Position numbers and translations under genes: made by a program
The notes under the pieces: model-generated
The model's database searches: none
The model's input: the letters and a program-made list of their open reading frames with translations, nothing else
Told to the model about the DNA's origin: nothing
Assembly: GCA_947501605.1 (NCBI GenBank)
Contig: CANMWZ010000019.1
Coordinates: forward strand, 1-64,000
Origin: Planctomycetota bacterium
GTDB lineage: Bacteria > Planctomycetota > UBA1135 > UBA2386
Direction: 5' to 3'
DNA: 64,000 nucleotides
Part shown: one piece after another, positions 53,525-63,157 of the stretch
Layout: each line of letters opens with the position of its first letter
Numbering within the stretch: the first letter of the stretch is position 1

Positions 53525-54655
53525 TCAGGCCGGCAACAGCGGCTGCAAGGCGGCGAGCACCTTGTCGGCCTGCCGCATCATGCCGAGGTCGTTGGGATGC
53601 GAGCCGTCGGTTGTGCCTTCGCCATCGGTGCCCAGCAGGTCGGCGCCATCGAGCAGGTGTAGTCCCTTGACGCCATCGCGCACCATCGCCGCGACCGCGG
53701 CGCGCAAGGCGGCGCGGCGCCGTTGATGCTCGCGCGCGCGGGTCTCGTCACACCAGGCATTGGCAAACGTGCGATCTTCGACGAGCAGGATTGGCGTGTC
53801 CTTGCGGGCCAGACGCAGTTGCCGCACCAGCGGCTCGGTGCGTTCGGCGACCTGTTCTGTGCTCATGTTGGGCAGGCAGTCGACGACGAACACCTCGGGA
53901 TCGAGTTCGACGAGGAACTGCACCACTTCGCGCTCCATGCGCCCGTTGCCGGCGAAGCCGAAGTTGAACACTTCGCGATCGAGGGTGCGCCCGACAATCG
54001 CGGGCCACGCCATGCCCGGCCGCGACGCCGAGGCGCCGTGCAGAATCGACGTGCCGTAGCAGACGATCGAACGACCTGCCGTCGAACGCCGCGGCAGCGG
54101 CAACAGGTCAAAGCCCTCGCCGACGCCGAGTTCGAGCTTGTCGACGCCGTTGTAGAGCGGCAGGTAGAGCTGGAACGACCGTGGCTCGGCGCGCGTCGGC
54201 AGACCCTGGACCAGTTGCATCTCCACGACCTGCCCCGCCGGTCGGGACACCTGCATCCACCGCCAACGCGCGCCATCAAGACCGTAGAGATCGACCCCGC
54301 TGACGCCAGTCGCCGGCATGTGGGCCAAGTCGATGCGCGCGCTGGTCAGACGGTAGCGAACGTGGATCTCGGGACTCGCGGTCGCAAAGCGGACGACCAT
54401 GCCAGCGCTGTGGCGCGATAGGTCCCACACCTCGCTGCGCACGACGGCCTCGGCTCCGAGCGGCAAGCGGTCGTAGGGCGCTTTGCGAGCCGCGAAGGCG
54501 CGGCCTTCGATGGGGAAGTCGGCGACATCGATCCACGTTGGCGGCGGCGAGCACGGAGCAACAGGAGTCGGTCCAGCGGCAGCGCTCGAGGGCAACCGCA
54601 GGCTCGCCGTCGCCAAAGCGGTGCCGAGGAAGGAACGACGCGAGAGGAAGGGCAT
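53525..54655 (-). CDS. Tat-exported SGNH/GDSL hydrolase with GxDLY N-terminal domain
   Basis: SRRSFLG, YDRLP, SGVDLY, YGTSI, FGFAGNG, DCLPN, DGSHPND. Confidence 0.92.
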   Translation of the reverse strand: MPFLSRRSFLGTALATASLRLPSSAAAGPTPVAPCSPPPTWIDVADFPIEGRAFAARKAPYDRLPLGAEAVVRSEVWDLSRHSAGMVVRFATASPEIHVRYRLTSARIDLAHMPATGVSGVDLYGLDGARWRWMQVSRPAGQVVEMQLVQGLPTRAEPRSFQLYLPLYNGVDKLELGVGEGFDLLPLPRRSTAGRSIVCYGTSILHGASASRPGMAWPAIVGRTLDREVFNFGFAGNGRMEREVVQFLVELDPEVFVVDCLPNMSTEQVAERTEPLVRQLRLARKDTPILLVEDRTFANAWCDETRAREHQRRRAALRAAVAAMVRDGVKGLHLLDGADLLGTDGEGTTDGSHPNDLGMMRQADKVLAALQPLLPA

Positions 54656-54764
54656 CGGCGCGAAGATACCCCTTCGACTGAGCCTGACAGCAATCACCAG
54701 CACCAACGCTGTCGCGTTCATTCTCGGGCAGTTCGAGGGCAAGCGAACCGCGTCGTCGTCCGCG

Positions 54765-55211
54765 CTACTTGAGCCGCGACAGTCGCGCTGCGACCTCGCG
54801 CCCGTCCTTGCTCACGAGTTCTCCGTCCTCGTAGAGCCACAGCGTCGGCAGCTGGCGGATGCCGTACTGCAGCGCTACCGGCGACTGCCAGTCGCCGACA
54901 TCGACGCGGCGGAGTTTGACCTGCGGATGCTGTTCAGCGAGCGCCGCCAACTGCGGGCCCAGGATCTTGCACGCGGGTCAAAACTCGGCGGTGAACTCCA
55001 CGATCAACAGGCCCGAGGACGTCACGTAGGACTCGACGTTCACGCGCTCGCCGGTCGAGATCGTCGCGACCTCTTCGGCGGCCATGAGCGCGGCCGCACG
55101 GGCGCGCTTGGGCTTGCTGTTCTGGTGATGGACGACGAAAGCGACCGATCCGAGCATCAGCATGACCACCGCCGCGATTGCGACCTTCAACATGGGCAGT
55201 CGATCGGCCAT
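54765..55211 (-). CDS. Membrane-anchored thioredoxin-family protein with UxxC motif (probable selenoprotein; TGA at 54978-54980)
   Basis: ORFs 54978-55211 and 54765-54950 are in one frame, separated only by TGA: LIVEFTAEF*PACKILGPQL...VDV...YGIRQLPTLWLY. Confidence 0.85.
54942..54977 (-). promoter_or_regulatory. Candidate bacterial SECIS hairpin 3' of the in-frame UGA
   Basis: cccgcgtgcaagatcCTGggcccgCAGttggcggcg can be paired by hand into an interrupted stem whose apical loop starts with GG 19 nt after the UGA. Not computed. Confidence 0.4.
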
Positions 55212-55605
55212 TCGGTGGTCGGGCTGGAGCCACAGGTCCTGCGACGGGTGGCGCCGTACCGCCGACCAACCCAGATCGGTCCGTCGGCAGCAGGCGACCG
55301 GCCGCGCCTTCGGTCACTGGCATCGTGCGCGTGGCGCCTTGCAGCTCGGGGCGCGTGGGGGCGCAGCGATCGAGTCGCACCGCCTCGTACTGGTCCTGCG
55401 GCCCCCCCTCCAGCGTCCGCGCCGATGCTCGCAGTAGCGCAACAAGACGGACTGGATCAGCACGTCCGTAGCACGAGCGCAGGAAGGTCGATCGCCACCG
55501 CGCCCAGCGCGGCGGGACTCTTGCCGATGGCCACGAACGGCGCGTCGTCGACGGCTTGCACCTGCAGCTGCCTCTAGGTCGACAACGGCGGACCGCCGTG
55601 GTTGG

Positions 55606-56379
55606 ATGCTGGAGCGAACGCCGCCCATGACGCCTCCAGACCACGACCCCAGGAGCGTCACCCACGGCGAGGCGGCGCTCGGGCCGACAGTGCGCGGTTA
55701 CGACCGCATCCGTACGGTGGCCAGCTTTGACGAGTTGCTCGACACGCCGCTCACGGAGCCGGTCAACGCGGTTTGCTGGCAGCGCCAACTCGATGGCGAC
55801 TTCGCCGAAGTCGTTCGCCTGCTGGCAGCGCGCGATGGTGTCACCACCATCGACGAAGACCTCCTTCGTGCATTGCCGCTGGGCAAGGCTGGCCAACTCG
55901 CGGCCGCGACTTTGATTGCCGACCTTGCGCAGTTGCGAGCGCGTGGCCACGAGCCGGTGCTCGAGTGCATTCGTGGCTACCCGCGCGACGACGACAGCCC
56001 CTTGCCGACCGACGTCTACTCGTTCCACGTCGACAGTGCGACGGTGCCGACCGACACCATCCTCTGCAGCTACACCGCACCGGCGAGCGAAGGGCTGCGC
56101 AACGACGAAGCCCAGCGACAGATCGACGTGCCGGCGGTCCGCGCCCGCTTGCTCGCACACTTCGGCGGCCGCGACGACGCGGAGTTCGTCGCCTACGTGC
56201 GCGCGAACTTCTTCGACCTGCACTACGCAGCGCGTGCCGGCACGCGGCCATTCTCGTTTGGCGTCGGCAACCTATGGCGCCTTGCGGTAGCGCATCCGCT
56301 CGCCGCCGTTGTGCCGTGCATTCATCGCGCTCCGAGCACGGCACCGGCGGCACTGCCGCGCTTGCTCCTCATCAGCTGA
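55606..56379 (+). CDS. DUF1826-like protein (HxD...H putative metal site)
   Basis: NAVCWQR, SFHVD, LCSY..P.SE, HRAP, RLLL. Confidence 0.7.
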   Translation: MLERTPPMTPPDHDPRSVTHGEAALGPTVRGYDRIRTVASFDELLDTPLTEPVNAVCWQRQLDGDFAEVVRLLAARDGVTTIDEDLLRALPLGKAGQLAAATLIADLAQLRARGHEPVLECIRGYPRDDDSPLPTDVYSFHVDSATVPTDTILCSYTAPASEGLRNDEAQRQIDVPAVRARLLAHFGGRDDAEFVAYVRANFFDLHYAARAGTRPFSFGVGNLWRLAVAHPLAAVVPCIHRAPSTAPAALPRLLLIS

Positions 56380-56496
56380 CGGCCGCCGCGGCTCGTCGCC
56401 GCCGTCCGCAGTGCGACGCTCGCGTGGTCGAATCGACCGATTGGATGGCAGCGGAAGGCCGCGTTCATCACAGTCGGCGGAGTCTTGGCAGTCGCT

Positions 56497-57174
56497 CTAC
56501 TGCAGCGGCAGAAGGTCGAGCTTGCGGAACTCGCACGCCGCCCCTTCAGCTTGGATCGCGATCTGACCGTGATCCGCGGTGCAGTCGGCACCGTCATTGA
56601 CCACCGTGCCGTTGACCAAGACACGAATCCCGCGACCGCGGCACTCGATGACCATCGTGTTCCACTCGCCGAGCGGCTTCTCGGCGCCGTCGGTCAGGTT
56701 CTTGATGCGCCGCGCCCGATCGCCGTCGGTGCCCCAGCGGTCTCTCGGTCCGCGACGCGCTTCCATGTCGGGCACCGCGATGTCTTCGCCGATGCACCAG
56801 AAGTCGCCGGCATTGCCTTCGTGCAACTGCACCTCGATCGACTGCGGAAACATGTCGTAGAGCCGGCGCGGCACCGAACTGTGCACGAGCACGCCGCAGT
56901 TGCCGGGCGCGCCTGGCCAACGCCATTCGAGCGTCAGGCGGTAGTCGCGGTACGACGCATCGGTGATCAGATGTCCTTCGGGTTCGCCTTGGCTCACGAG
57001 GATGCCGTCCTTGACGACGAACGATGGCGCCGCGCCGCCGCCGTCATTCGCCGGCACGTCGGCATGCCAGCCGGCGAGATCGATGCCGTTGCACAACGGC
57101 CGCGGGGAGGCCTGGCAGGCAACAGCAATCGCAACGATGGGGAGCAGCACGGCGCGAGCGAGACGACGACGCAT
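56497..57174 (-). CDS. DUF1080 family lipoprotein
   Basis: Lipobox AVAC, NG.DL.GW, Y.DY.L.LEW, GNCGVL, IEVQ, GEWN, IAIQAEG. Confidence 0.9.
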   Translation of the reverse strand: MRRRLARAVLLPIVAIAVACQASPRPLCNGIDLAGWHADVPANDGGGAAPSFVVKDGILVSQGEPEGHLITDASYRDYRLTLEWRWPGAPGNCGVLVHSSVPRRLYDMFPQSIEVQLHEGNAGDFWCIGEDIAVPDMEARRGPRDRWGTDGDRARRIKNLTDGAEKPLGEWNTMVIECRGRGIRVLVNGTVVNDGADCTADHGQIAIQAEGAACEFRKLDLLPLQ

Positions 57175-57309
57175 GGTCGCATCATGGCACGCGAGGATTC
57201 TCGCGCCAGCCGGCGCCGCGATCCCAACGACGCGCACGATCGCCGGGCACGGGCGAGCTACGGGCCAAGGGATCGCCGCCGCCTCGGCGTAGACTGCGCA
57301 GCCGCCACG

Positions 57310-58266
57310 ATGAGCATCCTCGCGCACATCGGCAACACGCCGCTGGTCCTACTCCGCACGCTCTCAATGGGCTTGCCGTTCCCGGTTCTTGCCAAGTGCG
57401 AGCACCTGAACCCCGGCGGCTCGATCAAGGACCGCATCGCGCTCGCGATCGTCGATGACGCCGAAGGCCGCTCGCTGCTGCGCAAAGGCGACACGATCAT
57501 CGAAGCGACGGCGGGCAATACCGGCGTGGGTCTCGCTCTCGTCGCTGCCGTACGCGGCTACCACTTGGTCTGCGTGATGCCCGCCAAGATGTCGCTCGAC
57601 AAGCGCGTGGCGCTGACGGCACTCGGGGCCCGCGTCATCATCACGGACAATGCGCCGCCGACGAGCCCGCTCAACTTCCAAGTCGTCGCCCGGCGCCTCG
57701 CCATCGAGCACGGTTGGTTTCTCGCCGACCAGTTCGCCAATCCCGCCAATGTGCGGGCCCACGAGACGACGACGGCCGAGGAGATCCTGCAGCAGGTCGG
57801 CGGCCCGATCGGCGCCTTCGTCAGCGGCGCCGGCACCGGCGGTACCCTAAGCGGCGTCGGCCGACGGCTCAAGGCCACCGACCCGCGCGTGCGCATCGTC
57901 GTGGCCGACCCGATCGGCTCGAGCCTCGCGCACTGGCTCGAGACCGGAGAGCTCGGCCCCGATGGCAGCTACGAGCTCGAAGGCATCGGCGCCAGCAAGG
58001 TGCCGGAGAACCTGCATCGCGAAGTACTCGACGCCGCCGAGCGAGTGACCGACGCCGAGAGCTTTGCCATGGTGCAACGGCTGGTGCGCGAGGAGGGGAT
58101 GCTCGTCGGCGGCTCGGCGGGCGCCAACGTCGCGGCCGCGCTGCGGGTCGCGGCGCGCGGCGGTCTCTGCGGCCCCGTGGTCACGGTGCTGTGCGACAGC
58201 TGGGATCGATATCGAGGCAAGCCGTGGATGCAGGGCTGGGACGAGCGGCGATCAACGAGTTCTTGA
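57310..58266 (+). CDS. PLP-dependent cysteine synthase / cystathionine beta-synthase family protein
   Basis: IGNTPL, KCEHLNPGGSIKDR, EATAGNTG, QFANP.N, GAGTGGT, EGIG. Confidence 0.93.
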   Translation: MSILAHIGNTPLVLLRTLSMGLPFPVLAKCEHLNPGGSIKDRIALAIVDDAEGRSLLRKGDTIIEATAGNTGVGLALVAAVRGYHLVCVMPAKMSLDKRVALTALGARVIITDNAPPTSPLNFQVVARRLAIEHGWFLADQFANPANVRAHETTTAEEILQQVGGPIGAFVSGAGTGGTLSGVGRRLKATDPRVRIVVADPIGSSLAHWLETGELGPDGSYELEGIGASKVPENLHREVLDAAERVTDAESFAMVQRLVREEGMLVGGSAGANVAAALRVAARGGLCGPVVTVLCDSWDRYRGKPWMQGWDERRSTSS

Positions 58267-58311
58267 GCTTGGTCGCCACGCCGCGCTGTCCGCAGAGTGA
58301 CTCGCGCTGCA

Positions 58312-60867
58312 CTAGAGCGGCTCGGGCCGATCCCTCGATTGGAGCGCGAGGCGCAGCACTTCACGAAATGTGGCCCGCGTGTACGGCTTGTGCAGGAAGC
58401 CCTCGATGTTCGTCGCCGACCCATTCCACCCCAGGGATTGCTCGTGGTAGCCGCTCGTCAGCACCACGCCGACGTCTGAGCCGCGGCGACGCAGTTCGCG
58501 GAGCACTTCCTCGCCGGATAGGCCCGGCATGGTCAGATCGAGCAGCACGAGAGCGATCTCGCCTCGATGCCGCTCATGCACCGCGAGCGCTTCGGCGCCG
58601 TCGCGGGCGACGAGGACACGACAGCCAATCTCGGCGAGCAAGTGTTGGGCGACGGAACGAACCATCGCATCGTCGTCGACGAGCAACACCACGGCATTGC
58701 TGTGCCAAGGGTCGGCGGGCGCCGCCGTCGCCGACCGTTCGCCATCGGCCGCCGACTCTGCGTCCGAGGCCGGGAGGATGACGCGAAACTTCGTACCGAC
58801 GCCGAGGGTGCTCGTGCAGCGCAGGCTGCCACCATGATTGCGCACGATGCCGAGCACGGCCGACAGCCCCAGACCACGGCCGGAGAACTTCGTCGTGAAG
58901 AACGGTTCGAAGATCCGCGCTTGCGTCGCGGCGTCCATACCGCTGCCGTCGTCCTCGACCTCGATGTAGACGTATTGGCCCGGAACGAGCGGGGTAAGGG
59001 GATCGAAGTCGCGCAGCATCTCGGCGTCGTAGTCTTCGCACCCAGTGCGAATCACGACGTGACCGCCGCGCTCGCTGGTGGCTTCGCCGGCGTTGATGAC
59101 GAGGTTCATCAACACTTGCCGCAGTTGCGCAGCGTCGGCGAGCACACGGGGCAAGCGCGTCGAGTACTCGGCGCGCAGGGTGCAGCGCTTCTGCATCGAC
59201 ACCTCGAGCAGGCGACGCATGTCTTCGGCAACGACGCTCAGGTCGAGGGACTCGGCTCCGCGGCGCACCTTGCCGGCATAGGCCAGCATCTGGTTGACCA
59301 GTTCGCCGGCGCGCTGAGCCCCTTCGACGGCACGTTCGATGTGCTCATACGCACCGCTGCCCTTGGCGAGTTCGAGCAGCGCCAGCTCGGCGCGACCCAG
59401 GATGCTGGTCAGCAGGTTGTTGAAATCATGCGCAATGCCGCCGGCCAACAGGCCGAGACTCTCCAGCTTCTGGGCTTGCTGCAACTGCGTCTCGAGTTCG
59501 CGCTGCTGCGCGTTCGACAGTTCTTTCTGGCGCGCGAGGCGGCGCGAGTGCACGAGCCCTGAGCACGTGGCAGTCAGTGGTTCGAGCCATTGGATGAGGG
59601 CCTCGTCGTAGCCGCCGTTCCGATTGGCGATCCCGATCATGCCGATCATCTCGTCGCCGAAGAACAGCGGCAGCCCAAGGAATGCCACGAGCGGAGGATG
59701 CCCATCAGGCGTGCCGCCGCGCCGTGGGTCCAGTAGAGGTGCATTGCTGACGACTACCTTGTGCGTCTTCAGCACGGCACCGAACAGCGACTGGAGGTTG
59801 CCGAACTCCATGCCCTTTGGGGCATTCGCCTCGTAGAAGGCGCGCGTCGCGTCGTCCCAGGCGATGTTGGTGATGGCCCAGGTGCGGAGGTAAGGCTCGC
59901 CATTCGCGCGGCGATGAACCTCGCCGATGAAACCGTACTCGCTTTCTGTCGCATCGAGCAAGAAGGCCAACATCCGGTCGAAGGACGTGCGCGGATCGGG
60001 ATCGACCAGGAACTCGCGCTGCAGCCGAGCGAGTCCGTTGAGCAACTGGGCATTCGCTTGCAGCTGAAGCTCGCGGCGCTTCGCCTCCTGGATGTCGACA
60101 ATCGTGCCCCACGTCCACAGCGGCCGTCCGTCCGCAGTGCGGCTCGCGATGCGTCCACGCGCAAGGAACCAGAGCCAACGACCGTCCTTGGCCTTCAGCC
60201 GCAACTCGCACTGGGGCTCGTCCACGTCGCCACCAGCGAGCTTGGCAGTGAGCGAACGAGCCAACTCGAGATCGTCAGGATGCGCGAGTCGCGTCCAGGT
60301 CGCAGCTCCGACCGGCTCGATCTCCGCGAGCGTGTAGCCGAGCAGCGAGGCCCAGCGCTCGTTGACGACAGTCTCGTTGGTCACGCAGTTCCATTGCCAC
60401 GTGCCGATGCGCTCACCGTCGAGCATGGCCTGCAAGCGCGCGCTCTCGGTCGACAGCGAACCGGGGGGCGCGAAGCCCGGGTCCACGTCGAGCAGAACGC
60501 CCTCCAAGGTTGTCGTCCCGTCGGCGCCGAGCCGAGCGATCGCACAAACTCGAATGCACCGAACGCTTGCGTCCGCCGCGACAACATTGCACTCGAGGTC
60601 CGCAGTGCCGCCATCCCGCGCCGCGGTCCGCAGTCGTCGCTCCAGTTCGTCGCGATGGTCTTGGTGCAGAAGGTGCAGCAGCGCGCCGTGCGGGCGACAC
60701 TGGGTCGCGTCCCAGCCAAGAGCGGCACCGCCGGCGAAGACCACTTCGAGGAAGGCGAGCGTCGCGGCGTCGGCGCGCCACCACACCGTCGGCAGGGGGG
60801 CGGCGCGACGAGCCCCGGTCGCGATCCGCGGCGCAGCAGGCGGAAACGGGGAGATCGGATCGGACAT
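58312..60867 (-). CDS. Cytoplasmic PAS-PAS-GAF hybrid histidine kinase with receiver domain
   Basis: No TM; PAS (W..L.HPDD), GAF, QAQKLESLGLLAGGIAHDFNNLL, NLVINA, FEPFFTTK..GRGLGL, LLDLTMPG. Confidence 0.95.
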   Translation of the reverse strand: MSDPISPFPPAAPRIATGARRAAPLPTVWWRADAATLAFLEVVFAGGAALGWDATQCRPHGALLHLLHQDHRDELERRLRTAARDGGTADLECNVVAADASVRCIRVCAIARLGADGTTTLEGVLLDVDPGFAPPGSLSTESARLQAMLDGERIGTWQWNCVTNETVVNERWASLLGYTLAEIEPVGAATWTRLAHPDDLELARSLTAKLAGGDVDEPQCELRLKAKDGRWLWFLARGRIASRTADGRPLWTWGTIVDIQEAKRRELQLQANAQLLNGLARLQREFLVDPDPRTSFDRMLAFLLDATESEYGFIGEVHRRANGEPYLRTWAITNIAWDDATRAFYEANAPKGMEFGNLQSLFGAVLKTHKVVVSNAPLLDPRRGGTPDGHPPLVAFLGLPLFFGDEMIGMIGIANRNGGYDEALIQWLEPLTATCSGLVHSRRLARQKELSNAQQRELETQLQQAQKLESLGLLAGGIAHDFNNLLTSILGRAELALLELAKGSGAYEHIERAVEGAQRAGELVNQMLAYAGKVRRGAESLDLSVVAEDMRRLLEVSMQKRCTLRAEYSTRLPRVLADAAQLRQVLMNLVINAGEATSERGGHVVIRTGCEDYDAEMLRDFDPLTPLVPGQYVYIEVEDDGSGMDAATQARIFEPFFTTKFSGRGLGLSAVLGIVRNHGGSLRCTSTLGVGTKFRVILPASDAESAADGERSATAAPADPWHSNAVVLLVDDDAMVRSVAQHLLAEIGCRVLVARDGAEALAVHERHRGEIALVLLDLTMPGLSGEEVLRELRRRGSDVGVVLTSGYHEQSLGWNGSATNIEGFLHKPYTRATFREVLRLALQSRDRPEPL

Positions 60868-61099
60868 ACCTCAAGCTCCAAGGCGCGGCGTGCGTCTTTC
60901 TCTTCTCTTTGGGGTGAGCGGCGAGTGGTGAGAACTCGCAACGCCAACTTGACGGGAGAGTCTGCCGCGACCAACCCTGAGGAACAACGCCAGACTGCCG
61001 CCGTGCGAGAGTTTCACAGTGCGCAGCGCACCGGCATGCCCAACTCGCCTTTTGCGAACCGCACCAACAGGCCAGCCTCGCGGCTATGCTCCCCCGCCC

Positions 61100-63082
61100 A
61101 TGCGCGCGCCGAGGATTACGGGATTGGCCATCCTGTCGCTGCTGCTCGTGCTGTTGTGGCCGCGCTCCGACCGGGAGACACTCGAGCCCGCGGCCCAGAA
61201 CTCGCTGGACGAGGCCGCGAACGGAACGCCCCCGCGGGACGCGCCCGGCGGCGACAGCGCGCACGACGCGGCGGAAGCGCACGGCGGCCCCACCGCTGTG
61301 CGCACGACCATCGCGGCCGAGGCTGGCGACGACCAGAGCCCGTGGACGGTCCAATTCACCGGTCTTCACCCCTCGGTACCTTGGACCGCGCCGGTCGGGT
61401 TCGTGTTCTTTGACGTCATCCTGCCGCCCGTCGCGGTCGACGAGCGCGGCGCCGCACGCTTCGTGCCCCCGCCGGTCGCGCGCGGCGCCGGGGTGCAGAC
61501 CTTCGCCATCGTCACCAGCGACCCGAACTACCGCATCGCGGAGGCCACACCGCTGACCCTGCCATTGCAGCGAAGTGCGCACACCGAGGTTCGCGTCTAC
61601 CCCGTCGCGCGCCTGCACGGTCGCGTGCTCGACCCGACGGGCCAGGGCACGGTGGCACGGATCGAGGCCTTTGCGATCGGCAGAGACGGGCCGCACGACC
61701 CGCCGATCGCGCGCACCAACTCCAAGCCGGACGGCAGCTACCTGCTACGCGTACCGCCAGCAATCAAAGTGCTCCTGGTCGCGGAGAGCGTGGTCGAACT
61801 GCCGCGCCTGCCGTGGGGCGAGGATTCGGACCTGCCGCCGGCATTCGAACACGGCGACGCCGCCGCGCGCGACGATCGCCTTGGTCACGATCCGCGCCGC
61901 CCCCGTCTCGATTGGTGGCCGGCAGCGCTGACGGCCGACGGCCTGCACGGAACCGAACGCGTCGTGCCCGAGTTGCGCCTGCGCGCGACCGCGCTGCTGA
62001 CCGGACACGTCACCTGCGCCGATGGTCAACCGCTCTCGCGCGTAGAAATCGTGGCCGCGCCGCAGCGACGGGCGACCGCGACCTTTGGCAGCGGCAGCCA
62101 ATGGTCGCCGACCGAAGGGCTGCACCGCAGTGTGAGGATTCGCACCGACGAACGCGGCCGGTTCACACTGTCGCTCCCACAGGGCGAGGAGTTCGCGGTG
62201 ACGACCAGGAGCGAAGAGCCGCTGCTGGTAGCGGGCGAGCCGACCGCAGTCGCGACGGCGCCCGGCCACGTCGAGCTGCGCGCCGAGGGCGACCTCGTCA
62301 CGCTCTCCGTTATCGACAACGGCGCGCCAGTCGCGGCAGCCGACATCGACATCGGTGGGCGCACCATCCGCACCGACAAGAACGGCCAGCGCCGCGTCAC
62401 ACTCAGCCTCGGCCACGTTCGCCTGCGCGCCCAGCACGAAGCCAGCACGTCGCCATTCGTCGAGCTGCCACCCGGTCCGCGGCCCGCAGCCCTCGCGCTC
62501 GCGCTGGAAGCAAAGCAACTGGCGCCTGTGCGGATCGCGTTGGTCGCAAACCCGCCGCCGGACACCGCGACGTTCACTTGGCAACCAGCGGACGGCGGCG
62601 CGCCGATCGAGTTCTGGCGCCCACGCGACAGCAAGCTCGCGCAATTCTCGATGGCGGTGCCAGCAGGGCGCTATCGCCTGTCGTGCGTCGGCACGGCGAT
62701 GCCATTCATGGACTGCACGATCCCGCTCCAACGCGATATCGAGGTCCCGACGACCGGTTTCGACGCCACCTTCGCGGTTGCCTACGGCGGCACGATCGCC
62801 CTCGATGTGTTCGATCACCGCGGCATGCGACCGCGGGGCCGCTTCACCGTGCGCGACGTCACGGGTCGCGTGTTGCCGATGACGGCCGAGGCCTATCGCG
62901 ACGGCTCGACGATCGTCGGTGGCGAAGGCGAACTGCTGCCGCTTGGCCAGAACCACCTGCGCGGGACGTTGCCCATTGGCCGCTACGACCTCGTCGTCGA
63001 GGCCGAAGGCGGCGAACGCGCGCAGCAGACCGTGGTCTTGCGGTCGCGAGCGCGATCGTCCGTCGTGCTGCGACCCCGCTGA
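61100..63082 (+). CDS. Membrane-anchored protein with carboxypeptidase-regulatory-like beta-sandwich repeats
   Basis: N-terminal TM; repeated LHGRVLDP.G, TN..PDGSY, LTGHV..ADG.PL, TDERGRF, TDKNG, PAGRY, PIGRY. Confidence 0.75.
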   Translation: MRAPRITGLAILSLLLVLLWPRSDRETLEPAAQNSLDEAANGTPPRDAPGGDSAHDAAEAHGGPTAVRTTIAAEAGDDQSPWTVQFTGLHPSVPWTAPVGFVFFDVILPPVAVDERGAARFVPPPVARGAGVQTFAIVTSDPNYRIAEATPLTLPLQRSAHTEVRVYPVARLHGRVLDPTGQGTVARIEAFAIGRDGPHDPPIARTNSKPDGSYLLRVPPAIKVLLVAESVVELPRLPWGEDSDLPPAFEHGDAAARDDRLGHDPRRPRLDWWPAALTADGLHGTERVVPELRLRATALLTGHVTCADGQPLSRVEIVAAPQRRATATFGSGSQWSPTEGLHRSVRIRTDERGRFTLSLPQGEEFAVTTRSEEPLLVAGEPTAVATAPGHVELRAEGDLVTLSVIDNGAPVAAADIDIGGRTIRTDKNGQRRVTLSLGHVRLRAQHEASTSPFVELPPGPRPAALALALEAKQLAPVRIALVANPPPDTATFTWQPADGGAPIEFWRPRDSKLAQFSMAVPAGRYRLSCVGTAMPFMDCTIPLQRDIEVPTTGFDATFAVAYGGTIALDVFDHRGMRPRGRFTVRDVTGRVLPMTAEAYRDGSTIVGGEGELLPLGQNHLRGTLPIGRYDLVVEAEGGERAQQTVVLRSRARSSVVLRPR

Positions 63083-63157
63083 GGGCATCGAGCCGTTCCC
63101 GGAGCGGACGAGAGGCGCGCACCAAGACAAACGGGGCGCGGGGCGCCCACTGCGGCG

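Noticed and set aside
54978..54980. Genome-wide TGA reassignment
   Set aside because: Most genes in the window end cleanly at TGA, often in ATGA overlaps, so any read-through must be site-specific.
55212..55605. Possible gene remnant or RNA upstream of the thioredoxin gene
   Set aside because: Some coding-like minus-strand stretches, but no recognisable family or RNA motif, including tRNA-Sec.
60868..61099. Riboswitch in the divergent intergenic region
   Set aside because: No conserved aptamer motif recognised by eye.
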